Assembly (NCBI GenBank): GCA_035510735.1
Contig: DATKGN010000004.1
Location: 307,810-371,809 of the forward strand
Source of the DNA: Patescibacteria group bacterium
GTDB lineage: Bacteria > Patescibacteriota > Microgenomatia > UBA10105 > UBA927
Direction: 5' to 3'
Length of the DNA stretch: 64,000 nucleotides
Made by a program: the position numbers and the translations under genes. Below the pieces are notes generated by a model. The model worked only from the letters and a program-made list of their open reading frames with translations, was not told where the DNA came from and did no database searches. Positions 1 through 9,637 of the stretch are shown piece by piece. The stretch's first letter is position 1, and each line of letters begins with the position of its first letter.

Positions 1-32
1 ATAAGTAAAAGATCACGGTCATTGTCCATAAT

Positions 33-728
33 TTATTTCGTTAAATAATATGTTTTTAATTCAAGAGACGCCTGTAATAGTCTACTACTTGGCAGAGCGC
101 TTTGGCTACTCACATGTGTGGTATCGGTTGGAGAGATATTTATACTATCCACCGTTACGACGCGCCGTAGATTGTTGACATTCGTCAGAAATGATTTAAC
201 CCCGTCATACAGCCCCCGCACCTGAATCGTCACTATATAAGCCGGTTGGCTGGCAGGCGGACTTGTTGCCTGCCCCTTTTGCAAGCTATTTGATACTAAA
301 GGAATGGTTGGAGTTTGGATGGTGCTTAAAAGCACTCCACTCGCACTTGCGACATTCCGTAGCTGAATAAAAAAGGGTACGGCATCAGGCTGGGGTGGCA
401 GGGCCTGATCGACAACGGGAAGAAGCGGTTCTATCTGTTGATAATACGCCTGAGCTTCTATGAGAGCGGATATTTTGTCTTCCATCTCTTTGTTTAGTTC
501 GGTTTTATCTGCTATCTCGCGACGCAAATATAGTATCGTCTGAATGGTCGGCCGGATTGCATACCAGCCGAAGAGGGATACAGCGAGAAAAGAGAAAATA
601 ACGGTCGTATAACCACGGCTCGATGGTTTCGTAAATATGGGCTCGATTGATTGATAATATTTACGGTATTGTTTCAGTTCGGTTTTATAGTTAAATGGCA
701 TAGTATTATTTTGTCGTTGTTGGGACAA
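33..728 (-). CDS. Type IV pilus assembly protein, PilO-like (N-terminal TM, coiled coil, periplasmic domain)
   Basis: 231-aa ORF with a single N-terminal TM helix, a coiled-coil segment and a C-terminal globular part. Its start overlaps the stop of the upstream PilN-like ORF (typical pilN-pilO coupling). Confidence 0.4.
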   Translation of the reverse strand: MSQQRQNNTMPFNYKTELKQYRKYYQSIEPIFTKPSSRGYTTVIFSFLAVSLFGWYAIRPTIQTILYLRREIADKTELNKEMEDKISALIEAQAYYQQIEPLLPVVDQALPPQPDAVPFFIQLRNVASASGVLLSTIQTPTIPLVSNSLQKGQATSPPASQPAYIVTIQVRGLYDGVKSFLTNVNNLRRVVTVDSINISPTDTTHVSSQSALPSSRLLQASLELKTYYLTK

Positions 729-1257
729 CCTGTGTAGTAAAGGTAAATTGTATGCCTGTTAATGAGTCGCGCTTTATGTCGCCGATATCGAGAGCTGTCA
801 GATTTTTTGCCGCCTGCAAATTGGCAATAAACTGGGAAAATGCGGGAGTGGACCCTGCGTCAGCCTGGATGGTAATCTGATTTTTTGACAGATCCAATGA
901 TTGAAGATACACGCCAGCGGGCACTAATGATTGAAACTGGGCGACAGCGTCAACGGTATTTATCGGAACGGCGGTTAATGTTTTGATTTTCGCAAGTTTA
1001 TCCTGCAATGACCGAACATCCTGTTCAAAATCGAGGTTTGCCTGGATAATATCCTGTTTTTGCGATATTTCATCGTTGAGATCAGTAAGCCTGCGGTCAA
1101 GACTGAATCGGGAGATAAATGCAAGGAGCACCACGATTTCCGTACCGATCATGATGTATCTGCCGTAGGTAATCGCCCAACTTACGATACGCCCGACAGG
1201 CGTATGTTCCATATCAGAATCACCAAGAAGATTAACCGAGATATTTCCGGCAGGCAT
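706..1257 (-). CDS. Type IV pilus assembly protein PilN-like
   Basis: 183 aa with N-terminal ISVNLLG (PilN INLLP-like motif), a single TM helix, then a coiled coil. Confidence 0.5.
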   Translation of the reverse strand: MPAGNISVNLLGDSDMEHTPVGRIVSWAITYGRYIMIGTEIVVLLAFISRFSLDRRLTDLNDEISQKQDIIQANLDFEQDVRSLQDKLAKIKTLTAVPINTVDAVAQFQSLVPAGVYLQSLDLSKNQITIQADAGSTPAFSQFIANLQAAKNLTALDIGDIKRDSLTGIQFTFTTQVVPTTTK

Positions 1258-1309
1258 ACCATTATCATAGCGAAATTATACGGTTCGGTCTAGCCGGTGA
1301 AAGAGGAGA

Positions 1310-1546
1310 TTACTTTTTCAGGAGTTTTGATAAACGGGATTTAAGTCGCGCGGATTTATTTGCATGAATAACATTCAATTTGGCCGCTTTATCGAGAGAT
1401 TGAAAAACTTTTTGAAGGGATTTTTTTGACGGTGATTTCCGATACGCTTTCACGACATTACGCATGGATTGTCGCACACGCATTGTTGTGACCGTTCGTT
1501 TTCGATCGTGTCTCAGTTTTTTTGCTGCTCCGGGAATGATCGGCAT
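1310..1546 (-). CDS. rpsT: 30S ribosomal protein S20
   Basis: 78-aa basic protein whose N-terminus (KKLRHDRKR) and IHANKSARLKSRL motif match the S20 family. Confidence 0.85.
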   Translation of the reverse strand: MPIIPGAAKKLRHDRKRTVTTMRVRQSMRNVVKAYRKSPSKKSLQKVFQSLDKAAKLNVIHANKSARLKSRLSKLLKK

Positions 1547-1599
1547 AAGGCCATTAGTATATCATAACCTCTCATATATTCATAGATATGATACTACGC

Positions 1600-1605
1600 T
1601 ATAAT
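1600..1605 (+). promoter_or_regulatory. Candidate -10 element (TATAAT) 7 nt upstream of the murJ ATG; a near-leaderless transcript is possible
   Basis: TATAATACGG motif, also present at the promoter upstream of nusA (17611). Confidence 0.3.
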
Positions 1606-1612
1606 ACGGTCA

Positions 1613-3265
1613 ATGAAGCGCGTTTGGGAGATTATTGAGAGAAAGCAGACATCGGTAGGATCTGCTGCAACGATTCTTGTCATCATGGTCCTGACTTCCC
1701 GCATACTTGGATTGGTGCGGGACCGGTTATTGGCCGCCCGTTTTTCGCCCGACGTCCTTGGTGTGTACTTTGCTGCATTCCGCATCCCTAATTTCATCTT
1801 TGAACTACTTGTGACCGGTGCGCTCACGAGTGCATTTATTCCGGTTTTTACCAAATATGTGACCCAGGGTAAGGAAAAAGAGGGTTGGCATATGGCATCA
1901 ATCCTTATCAATCTCAGCATTATTATATTGGCAGTTGTATCTATTCCGATGATCATTTGGGCTCCGGCTTTTTCACGATTTTTAGCTCCGGGATTTTCCG
2001 ATAGTCAGATACAACAGATGGCTTCGTTTAGCCGGATTATGATTATTTTTCAGGTTGTGCCGCTTTTGGTCGGTAATTTTTTAACCGGCATTCTGCAGTC
2101 GTACAACATGTTTCTTATCTCGGCACTGGCTCCGGTTGTTTATAACATCGGCATTATTCTCGGTATCGTGGCGTTATCAGGCTCTCTTGGTCTCTATGCA
2201 CCGGTAGTCGGAGTCGGCATTGGGGCATTCTTATTTGTCATTATCCAATTACCGCTTTTGTTTCGGATCGGATACAAGCATTCAGCTGATCTTGATATTC
2301 ATCATGAGGGAGTAAAAGAAGTCGGACGTTTGATCGGCCCCCGAACGCTTGGGCTTGCTGTTTCACAAATTGATTCGACCGTTGATCTCATGATGTCGAG
2401 TCTTTTAGGCGCTCGGATGGTCACGATATTCAATTTTGCACAAAATTTACAACAGGTACCGGTCGGATTATTCGGCGCAACGGTTGCTCAAGCGGCTCTC
2501 CCGACTCTCTCTGCCGCAACCGTGAGAGAAGATAAAGATACATTTAAAAAGTCCGTTATCAGCGCAATCCATCAGATATTATTTTTCGTACTGCCCTCAT
2601 CGGTTTTTTTCATCGTGCTTCGGATTCCTGTTGTTCGTTTGATTTTCGGTGCGGCTCGGTTCGACTGGCAGGCGACATATCTGACCGGTATGACGCTTTT
2701 TATGTTTAGTCTTTCGTTATTCGCACAATCAAGCGTCCACGTGTTTGCTCGGGGATTTTATGCTCTATATGATACAAAAACACCGGTCATCATCAGCATC
2801 ATTTCGATAGTAACCAACAGCATCGCGAGCGTGCTGTTTATTCTAGTATTTCATCTTCCTGTTTGGTCGCTCGGTTTGTCCACGTCGATAGCAAGCATTC
2901 TTAACGCAACTGTATTATTTATCCTATTGGATAGAAAAGTGGGGTATTTTTCGAAAAAAGAATTTTTTATTCCGCCTTTAAAAATGTTCATTGCATCGGC
3001 GATTGCGGGACTCGCCGTGTATATTCCCATGAAAATATTCGATCAATTGATTTTCGATACCACGAGAACATTTGGGTTAATTCTTCTCACAGGTACAGCG
3101 GGAGGAGTAGGACTTATTGTTTATGTCGCTCTTTCATGGATGTTTAACGTCGGAGAAGTGCATTCATTTATCGCTCTTATGAAACGTGTGCGTAAATCTT
3201 CTCCTGTGTTATTAGAACCGGCTGACGAGGTTATCGGCGGTGGTGTTGAAGACAAGCTTTCTTAA
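1613..3265 (+). CDS. murJ: Lipid II flippase MurJ (MviN)
   Basis: 550 aa, ~14 TM segments, N-terminal GLVRDRLLAARFSP motif characteristic of MurJ. Confidence 0.9.
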   Translation: MKRVWEIIERKQTSVGSAATILVIMVLTSRILGLVRDRLLAARFSPDVLGVYFAAFRIPNFIFELLVTGALTSAFIPVFTKYVTQGKEKEGWHMASILINLSIIILAVVSIPMIIWAPAFSRFLAPGFSDSQIQQMASFSRIMIIFQVVPLLVGNFLTGILQSYNMFLISALAPVVYNIGIILGIVALSGSLGLYAPVVGVGIGAFLFVIIQLPLLFRIGYKHSADLDIHHEGVKEVGRLIGPRTLGLAVSQIDSTVDLMMSSLLGARMVTIFNFAQNLQQVPVGLFGATVAQAALPTLSAATVREDKDTFKKSVISAIHQILFFVLPSSVFFIVLRIPVVRLIFGAARFDWQATYLTGMTLFMFSLSLFAQSSVHVFARGFYALYDTKTPVIISIISIVTNSIASVLFILVFHLPVWSLGLSTSIASILNATVLFILLDRKVGYFSKKEFFIPPLKMFIASAIAGLAVYIPMKIFDQLIFDTTRTFGLILLTGTAGGVGLIVYVALSWMFNVGEVHSFIALMKRVRKSSPVLLEPADEVIGGGVEDKLS

Positions 3266-4716
3266 TGGGCATTGCTTACCGTATATAATGCAACGTCTCC
3301 GATTTTTTGTGAAAGATGAATATTCCCTGTTTTTTGCATGTTGGTAAGCGCCTGTGTGACATGGTCATTTGTTTCCAACAGCTGTGTTAACCATTCATTC
3401 TCATGGAGATCAATAAGGAGATACTGCGGGTGTCCGCCGAAATCAAGCCACCAGCAGCTTATTTGACCGCACGGTTTACTTTTAATATCGTGGACCCGCG
3501 GCCAGACAAGATAAATGTTTTTTCTATGACTTAGATGCGGGATGAGACTTTGTTGTGTAGCAATTGATGCCGCCTTCGGAATTATTGCGATCATTGATTC
3601 GTTGTCTTTCATCCATTGTTCCTGTTGCCAGAACGCGGATTTGGTGAGCTTATTGAGCGGATAGTGGAACATATATTGTTGAGCTATACAGGATAAAAGG
3701 AGCATGAGGGCGACGATTTCTACGTTGATGTGTTTCTTCTTAAGAAAAGACATGATTTCTATCACACCTAGTGCCAAAAAAACTGCGAGAATCGCCCGGT
3801 GGTGAAGGAACGGACTCCACATGCGGGCAAAATGCGGACCCGTGACAAAATATTGCGCGAGATCCAGTCCCACAGCGAGCATGGCTCCTATGGAAAAGAC
3901 GGGGATAAAAGAAAATGATGTCAACGTATAAAGCCATACCTGGCGTTTTTCATCGCTGTTTATAAAGTCTGCGGCAATCTGCATCGGGTTTGACGATATT
4001 GTGGGCGAGTACTGGAATCCTGCTTGTGAGAGCGACCCTATTATTTTTGCTGCAATAAATGTCCATACGATGCCGATAATGAAGAGGAAAACCGCACGAA
4101 CGCGATATTCTTTGCGGAATATATATAAGAAGCTGACACAAGATAGCGCAATACCCATATTTTCCTGCGTCAAAAGGAGGAGGAGTACAGTAATAATGAA
4201 TAATTTTTCATTTTTTGTTTCCCAAAAATAACAGAGCCATGCCAGAAGTCCGACACCAATGGCTACCGCATGAAAATCAAAAAAGATCATGTATTGGATG
4301 CCGTAAAAAAGACTATAAATAACAGCGATTGCAAGCGATACGGTCGGCGTTAATTTCCGTTTTTTTGCGATGCCGAAAATTGCCAGCGCCGATAGCGTAA
4401 CCCAGAATGACTGGAAAATAAGAAGCATGCGGACGTCATTCCATATCCAGAAAATCGGTGAGATAAGCGGGGTCGTAAGATTGAGATGGTCGGCGAGAAT
4501 AAGTTCATCTTTTACGGTGTTATAGGGAACAAGAAATCTGCTGTATTGCCACACCTCCTGGTCATACAGTCCTAAATCAAATCCTCCGGATTCAAAATGA
4601 TTATGACGGACGATGGCAAGCGTACTATAGAGGATTGTTAAAAGGAGGATCCACAATAGTAACAACTGCACTGCGTGGGATTTTATCGCTGAAACTATTC
4701 GATTTAACGGCTTCAT
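3262..4716 (-). CDS. Polytopic membrane protein, DUF2079-like
   Basis: 484 aa with many TM helices. N-terminal RHNHFESGGFDLGLYDQ resembles the DUF2079 signature. Convergent with murJ, with overlapping stops. Confidence 0.5.
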   Translation of the reverse strand: MKPLNRIVSAIKSHAVQLLLLWILLLTILYSTLAIVRHNHFESGGFDLGLYDQEVWQYSRFLVPYNTVKDELILADHLNLTTPLISPIFWIWNDVRMLLIFQSFWVTLSALAIFGIAKKRKLTPTVSLAIAVIYSLFYGIQYMIFFDFHAVAIGVGLLAWLCYFWETKNEKLFIITVLLLLLTQENMGIALSCVSFLYIFRKEYRVRAVFLFIIGIVWTFIAAKIIGSLSQAGFQYSPTISSNPMQIAADFINSDEKRQVWLYTLTSFSFIPVFSIGAMLAVGLDLAQYFVTGPHFARMWSPFLHHRAILAVFLALGVIEIMSFLKKKHINVEIVALMLLLSCIAQQYMFHYPLNKLTKSAFWQQEQWMKDNESMIAIIPKAASIATQQSLIPHLSHRKNIYLVWPRVHDIKSKPCGQISCWWLDFGGHPQYLLIDLHENEWLTQLLETNDHVTQALTNMQKTGNIHLSQKIGDVALYTVSNAH

Positions 4717-4721
4717 GCCTG

Positions 4722-6149
4722 TTACGGATTAGCGGCAGCGGTTTTGGATATTTTAAAGATTGCAACACTCGATGGGTGCATAAGAATTGTTTTTTGTATA
4801 ATACCGCTCGCTGATGCCGTTTCCGTCGTTGTTATGTTGGTTCCGGCTCCGATACAGTATTTTTGAGAATACGTATACGTTCCCGGATCCAGATTACCAA
4901 AGGTCAACGGCACAGCTTCCGTGTGCGTGCCGTTTTGGTCGTAGTTGACGAGCATGACGCTCGTCGTATTATTTTTCTGACTCGCAAAGCCCGTGACCCA
5001 TGTGCCTTCACCGGTGAGCAGCACTCGTTGTCCGGCCATTTGATCTAAACAGGAATAGACATAGTAACGAGGTTTTAACTTTTTCCCGTTATTTTCATTT
5101 GTTATTAGCCCCCATCCGTCGCCTGCTTCTTGTTTTGGTCCATCCTTCAGTTCAAATGAGAGTGCATACGTAATCCCGTTACTTAAGAGTTGCCGGATAG
5201 TTGCTGCAGTAAACGCAGCGGCATAATTTGCGCCGTATAATGATGATTTGTCTCCGGTAAAACCGAATTCCGTAATGATTTTCGGTAATAAAATATAATT
5301 CGGATACGGATTGAGCCATGTCGTAATATTTAATTGATCCTGGCTGAATTTTAAGGGGTCATTCGCGTATGTGTGCCATGCGAAAAAATCCAGCCGCGCA
5401 CCGCTTGTGACGATGGCCTGGATCCATGGTTGGTAAAGACCTGTGGTCACTGGCCCTCCGAGGTAAAATGCATTGACGCCCGTAGCATTCCTCGCTCCGT
5501 TTGAAGCGTATTGATATAACGTAATATAATTTTTTGCTCCGTAGTACTTCCAACCGCCAAATTGCGGCAGGTCGGGTTCATTCCAGACTTCGTAATAAAT
5601 TCCGTTCATATTTCGGTTACCTTTGCCGCTATAGTGTTCGATGGTTTTTTGGACAACATATGACCAGTCGTTCCAATTAGTGGGCGGATTTACAATATTG
5701 CCATTCTGTGCGATGGGTTGTGGCATGTAGGATAAGGACAAACAGGGTTTAGCGCCTGTCGCGATAATGCTGTCAACCGCGCCGTCGAGTTTAGACCAGT
5801 CAAAGTTTATTTGGTCACCCGATTTACCCACGACATTATAGGAATCATAAATATGATCAATACAAATAAGCTTCGGTTTAAGCGTTCGTACCTCGCTTAC
5901 CACCGGCTTAATCATGTCGGTTGACTCTTCACCGCCCTGTGCAAACGCGTGGTAGAAATCAAGACTGAGTACTTCACGAAGGGATTTTGTGTCCACAACG
6001 ATATTTGCCGGTGTTCCTGATGCTTTTGAGACGAGTGATACGAGTTCCTGAGCACCGATGAGGAGGATTGGTAAAAAGATTAAAAGCGCAATGATGGAAA
6101 CAATTTGTGTGAGTTTCGGTTTTGTCGGATCCGTCAGCATGTTACTCAT
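4722..6149 (-). CDS. Membrane-anchored glycoside hydrolase, clan GH-A (GH39-like)
   Basis: N-terminal TM, then a TIM-barrel-like region with a YYEVWNEPD motif (catalytic acid/base NEP of GH-A families such as GH39/GH5) and a later EFG nucleophile-like motif. Confidence 0.5.
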   Translation of the reverse strand: MSNMLTDPTKPKLTQIVSIIALLIFLPILLIGAQELVSLVSKASGTPANIVVDTKSLREVLSLDFYHAFAQGGEESTDMIKPVVSEVRTLKPKLICIDHIYDSYNVVGKSGDQINFDWSKLDGAVDSIIATGAKPCLSLSYMPQPIAQNGNIVNPPTNWNDWSYVVQKTIEHYSGKGNRNMNGIYYEVWNEPDLPQFGGWKYYGAKNYITLYQYASNGARNATGVNAFYLGGPVTTGLYQPWIQAIVTSGARLDFFAWHTYANDPLKFSQDQLNITTWLNPYPNYILLPKIITEFGFTGDKSSLYGANYAAAFTAATIRQLLSNGITYALSFELKDGPKQEAGDGWGLITNENNGKKLKPRYYVYSCLDQMAGQRVLLTGEGTWVTGFASQKNNTTSVMLVNYDQNGTHTEAVPLTFGNLDPGTYTYSQKYCIGAGTNITTTETASASGIIQKTILMHPSSVAIFKISKTAAANP

Positions 6150-6152
6150 AGG

Positions 6153-7271
6153 TTATTGAATAAACAGCGGCAGTGTTACACCAACTAATGAAAATATCAC
6201 ACCCGTGATGAGTAATATTACGGTCGTTTCAAAGTTTCCTGTTGCGGGTATTGCGCTGCCTGTTGAGACTTCCGGTGCTGAGTCGCCTGATGCGACAACG
6301 AAAGGTGTCGTCGCCGTTTGCGTCTGGCCGGTGGTGGGATCGGTGGCCATTGCTTCAACGGTATGTGATCCCGGATCAAGCGGTGTTGTCGGAGTGTAGA
6401 CCCAATTACCATTAGCGTCGACTGTGACGACAGCCGTCTGAGGATCCGAGTGGATGATAATCGTGATTGTCGAGCCAGGAGCCCCTTTCCCGCTTATGAC
6501 GGGTGTTCCAGTATTAACACTCTCATTGGGCGTTATCGATGTAATGGTTACGGCTGACGTGCTGGCGTTAGTCGTTGGAGCTATAGTGTCAGTGGGTTCG
6601 AGGGTCGGAGTAGGAGTCGTGGTAACTCCGGTGAGATTGGCAGAAGATGTAGCTTGGAATGTGGCCGAGGAGCTTGCGGCCTGATTGGCAGAGAGGGAAG
6701 TCGTGGTTGTATCAGTCGACTGAGTTCCGTCAGCATTAAGAATGGTGATATTTGCGGGGATCGTACCGGTAAGTACGTTTGTTCCGCTCTCCTGAAGTGC
6801 GCTTGCGTACGTGTCGGGATCAGGAGCGAACCGGACGGAAACGGGTGTCGCTGATCCCGCAAGGGCTTTCATATGAATGGTTGCGACCGTGCCGACGCCG
6901 ACGATAGGTTTGGTCGTGCTTTCTGCTCCTACTTTGATAGTGGCTTTGCCGATCGGATCAACAGTTCCGGAAATTAATATACTCGGTGTCAGTGGGCCAT
7001 TTTTTGGAGGCGATGCTTGCAGTTTTGTTGGGTCAAACAGAAGGACTATCTGAATAGCGACGACTTGGTTTGTTCCTGTATCAATTTTTACGTCGAGATC
7101 AAACCCGTTATCATCTCCTGCTTTTGTGGTTACGACAGATGGGCTCAGGGATAGTGTTGTTGCCGGCGCAGCACGTTTACGGACTTCCTGATTTTGACTG
7201 ACAAGCAGGATGGTGGCCGGGATTGCGAGTAATATAATTCCAATAGAAATATACAGGAACACTTTTTTCAT
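6153..7271 (-). CDS. Secreted/surface protein with cohesin-like domain, Thr/Ser-rich linker, Ig-like domain and C-terminal IPATG + hydrophobic anchor
   Basis: Signal/TM at N-terminus. VAIQIVLLFDPTKLQA cohesin-like segment. Long T/S-rich low-complexity region. C-terminal IPATGNFETT followed by a ~20-aa hydrophobic tail (LPXTG-like sorting signal, but lacking a basic tail). Confidence 0.5.
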   Translation of the reverse strand: MKKVFLYISIGIILLAIPATILLVSQNQEVRKRAAPATTLSLSPSVVTTKAGDDNGFDLDVKIDTGTNQVVAIQIVLLFDPTKLQASPPKNGPLTPSILISGTVDPIGKATIKVGAESTTKPIVGVGTVATIHMKALAGSATPVSVRFAPDPDTYASALQESGTNVLTGTIPANITILNADGTQSTDTTTTSLSANQAASSSATFQATSSANLTGVTTTPTPTLEPTDTIAPTTNASTSAVTITSITPNESVNTGTPVISGKGAPGSTITIIIHSDPQTAVVTVDANGNWVYTPTTPLDPGSHTVEAMATDPTTGQTQTATTPFVVASGDSAPEVSTGSAIPATGNFETTVILLITGVIFSLVGVTLPLFIQ

Positions 7272-7387
7272 CCGTGAGTCTTATTATGGATGAGTTTTGC
7301 CTCAATCGCAAGAGATATATACATATATTTTTACGTCTTTATGATAAAATGTGGTTTATATGATTCATACAGTCTAAATTACAATTT

Positions 7388-8770
7388 ATGACAGATATTG
7401 AACGATCAGAGGTTGTCGGCCCTTATAGCGATTTACAGACGCGCAATTTGGTTCTGCAGATAAAAAGTACGGATCCGATTGATGAGGATCAGGGGTATCA
7501 GTGGGAAGAAGTACAGCATCCGGGCAGGGTGGAAAATGATTTAGTCGAGAGAGAGGGGAGGTCGGTAGAGAAAAAAGGGGCGGCTGTTCCATATACCGCT
7601 GAGTATTTTACCGCGATTGCGGATGAAAAAGAACGTATGAGGGCGTATCGGGGTCTTGTGGTCGTCTCTATCGTTCCAGATGGAGAAGATACGGAAATTG
7701 AAACCGATCCGTTCAAATTTCTTTACGCTCCTCGTGATGCGAGTTTTGCCCAAGTACGTGACGCGTATATCAGACTCTCTAAAGCATGGTTTCCTGATTT
7801 GATGTATCCGGAGAATAAAGAACAATTTAATAGAATTTTTGGCTTCGATGAGTTTCCGATAAAGGAAAACGACCCCCAGAAATGGTTTAATGAAATGCAA
7901 TCTATTCTTCCGCCGGATACTCTTACTACCGAGGATTTCGAGAGTTTACGTTCCGATGAACAAGAAACGTATCAAAAGGCTCATGAGGCGCATGAGAAGA
8001 AAAAGAGTGAATACGAAGACGTAAAAGCAGAAATGAGACGCCGGGCAACCGAGAAGATGACAATCATCAATAAAGCTTTTGAGGCAGCAAAAAAGAGATT
8101 TTCGAAAGAAGAAATAGAATCGTTTGCCGGGTTTAACTGGAAAAAAGAAGCGCTTTATGGGCCGGCAAGAGGCGTTTTCGAACAGGTCGTATTACCTCTA
8201 GAGGGAAATGGTCAGCTAATAAAAAAAATTAATGAAGCTTATCAAGATGATCAAATATATCTTGAATTTGATTATGGTCATGCACTTCTTGAAAGAAGTC
8301 AGAAGGATTATAGACAACGTTTACCGCTTCGTGCCTTTTTTGCCTGGACAGAACTAAGAAGAGGGGTAGGGCTTTGCCCAACACTTCTTGACGACCTTGT
8401 TAAAACATATTCCTTTGAAGATGACCGGGCTGAACAGTTACGAATCATGATTATTAATCATGAAGCACCCGAGTTTATTGTAACGGCGCTGAACATTACG
8501 GATGAAGATTCCGGCGAACTATTGGGCTTTTTGGATGAAGTATATGAAGGCCCGATGTACTATCACATGTTGGCCATTCATTCAGACGAATTTTATCCAT
8601 TGGGAGTTGAGTTTACGTCCGATGGGCGGTTAATTCTTAAATATAAGGCGCAAAGCATACAAGGTGGTGGGTCTTCAAAGGGGACTTGGCAGGAAACACA
8701 ATTTAGTCAAACGGACGTACAAATCATGCAAGCTGTAGCATATGGTCCTTTGTTGCAAGAACCTCACTGA
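7388..8770 (+). CDS. Hypothetical acidic protein with a degenerate J-like segment (HPD replaced by FPD)
   Basis: 460 aa. RDASFAQVRDAYIRLSKAWFPDLMYPENKEQFNRIF aligns to the J-domain helix II-loop-helix III consensus with HPD changed to FPD. Sits immediately upstream of hrcA-grpE-dnaK. Confidence 0.55.
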   Translation: MTDIERSEVVGPYSDLQTRNLVLQIKSTDPIDEDQGYQWEEVQHPGRVENDLVEREGRSVEKKGAAVPYTAEYFTAIADEKERMRAYRGLVVVSIVPDGEDTEIETDPFKFLYAPRDASFAQVRDAYIRLSKAWFPDLMYPENKEQFNRIFGFDEFPIKENDPQKWFNEMQSILPPDTLTTEDFESLRSDEQETYQKAHEAHEKKKSEYEDVKAEMRRRATEKMTIINKAFEAAKKRFSKEEIESFAGFNWKKEALYGPARGVFEQVVLPLEGNGQLIKKINEAYQDDQIYLEFDYGHALLERSQKDYRQRLPLRAFFAWTELRRGVGLCPTLLDDLVKTYSFEDDRAEQLRIMIINHEAPEFIVTALNITDEDSGELLGFLDEVYEGPMYYHMLAIHSDEFYPLGVEFTSDGRLILKYKAQSIQGGGSSKGTWQETQFSQTDVQIMQAVAYGPLLQEPH

Positions 8771-8799
8771 TATCTCCACAAAACCTCAAAAATATGGTC

Positions 8800-8828
8800 T
8801 TGACATAAATTAGCACTCGATGTATAGT
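8800..8828 (+). promoter_or_regulatory. Sigma-70-type promoter of the hrcA operon (TTGACA-N17-TATAGT)
   Basis: TTGACA at 8800-8805, 17-nt spacer, TATAGT at 8823-8828. Overlaps the CIRCE-like element. Confidence 0.6.
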
Positions 8829-8836
8829 ATTGCTAA
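8810..8836 (+). promoter_or_regulatory. CIRCE-like HrcA operator with a degenerate right arm
   Basis: TTAGCACTC-N9-TATTGCTAA versus consensus TTAGCACTC-N9-GAGTGCTAA. The left arm is perfect; the right arm matches only TGCTAA. Confidence 0.6.
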
Positions 8837-8853
8837 ATCGTTTAAAATATCGT

Positions 8854-9588
8854 ATGGATCAACTGAAAGATTTAACTCCGCGCCAGATTCAAATCCTCAA
8901 GGCAATTATTGAGGAATATATCGCAACCGCCGAACCGGTCGGCTCTGAAACGCTGGATAAAAAATATAACTTAGGCGTGTCGCCGGCCACAATCAGAAAC
9001 GAGATGGTGCGGTTGACCGATATGAAACTCCTCAACCAGCCGCATACGTCAGCGGGTCGAAGTCCGACGCCCGCTGCTATGCAATATTACGTTTCCCAAC
9101 TCATGAAGACACATGATTTATCGGTCACTGATGAGGTGGCGGTCAAGGAGAAAATGTGGGATTACCGGCAGGAAGTTGATAAATTACTCCGGGAAGCTAC
9201 TAAAACGCTCGCAGAGAAGACGAAGACCTTGGCGATTACGGCGACGGCAGACGGGGATTTATATTACGCAGGCGCGGCAAATGTGCTTGATATGCCGGAG
9301 TTTTATGACTATGAATTAACACACGAATTATTTGAAACGCTCGACCGGTTTGATTTTTGGTGGGCGATTTTGAAACAGCATGACGTTGTATCTGATATTG
9401 TCCTAGGGAATGATATGGGTGAGCGCGGGTTATTGTCGCAGTGCGGGTTTATCTATACGAAATTTAATTCGCAGCATGTGTCAGGGGCAATCGGTGTCGT
9501 CGGGCCATCCAGGCTAAATTATCAGATTATTGTGCCGGTAGTCACCTACATGGGTGGTCTCATCGGAGAATTTGCAAGCAGTTGGTAA
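8854..9588 (+). CDS. hrcA: Heat-inducible transcription repressor HrcA (short form)
   Basis: N-terminal winged-helix LTPRQIQILKAIIEEYIATAEPVGSETL and ATIRNEM motifs. ATG at 8854 chosen over the upstream TTG because of the promoter position. Confidence 0.85.
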   Translation: MDQLKDLTPRQIQILKAIIEEYIATAEPVGSETLDKKYNLGVSPATIRNEMVRLTDMKLLNQPHTSAGRSPTPAAMQYYVSQLMKTHDLSVTDEVAVKEKMWDYRQEVDKLLREATKTLAEKTKTLAITATADGDLYYAGAANVLDMPEFYDYELTHELFETLDRFDFWWAILKQHDVVSDIVLGNDMGERGLLSQCGFIYTKFNSQHVSGAIGVVGPSRLNYQIIVPVVTYMGGLIGEFASSW

Positions 9589-9637
9589 ATCGTCTACATA
9601 AGTGACGGAATACTCCTAACTGCCAAAATCAAACGAA

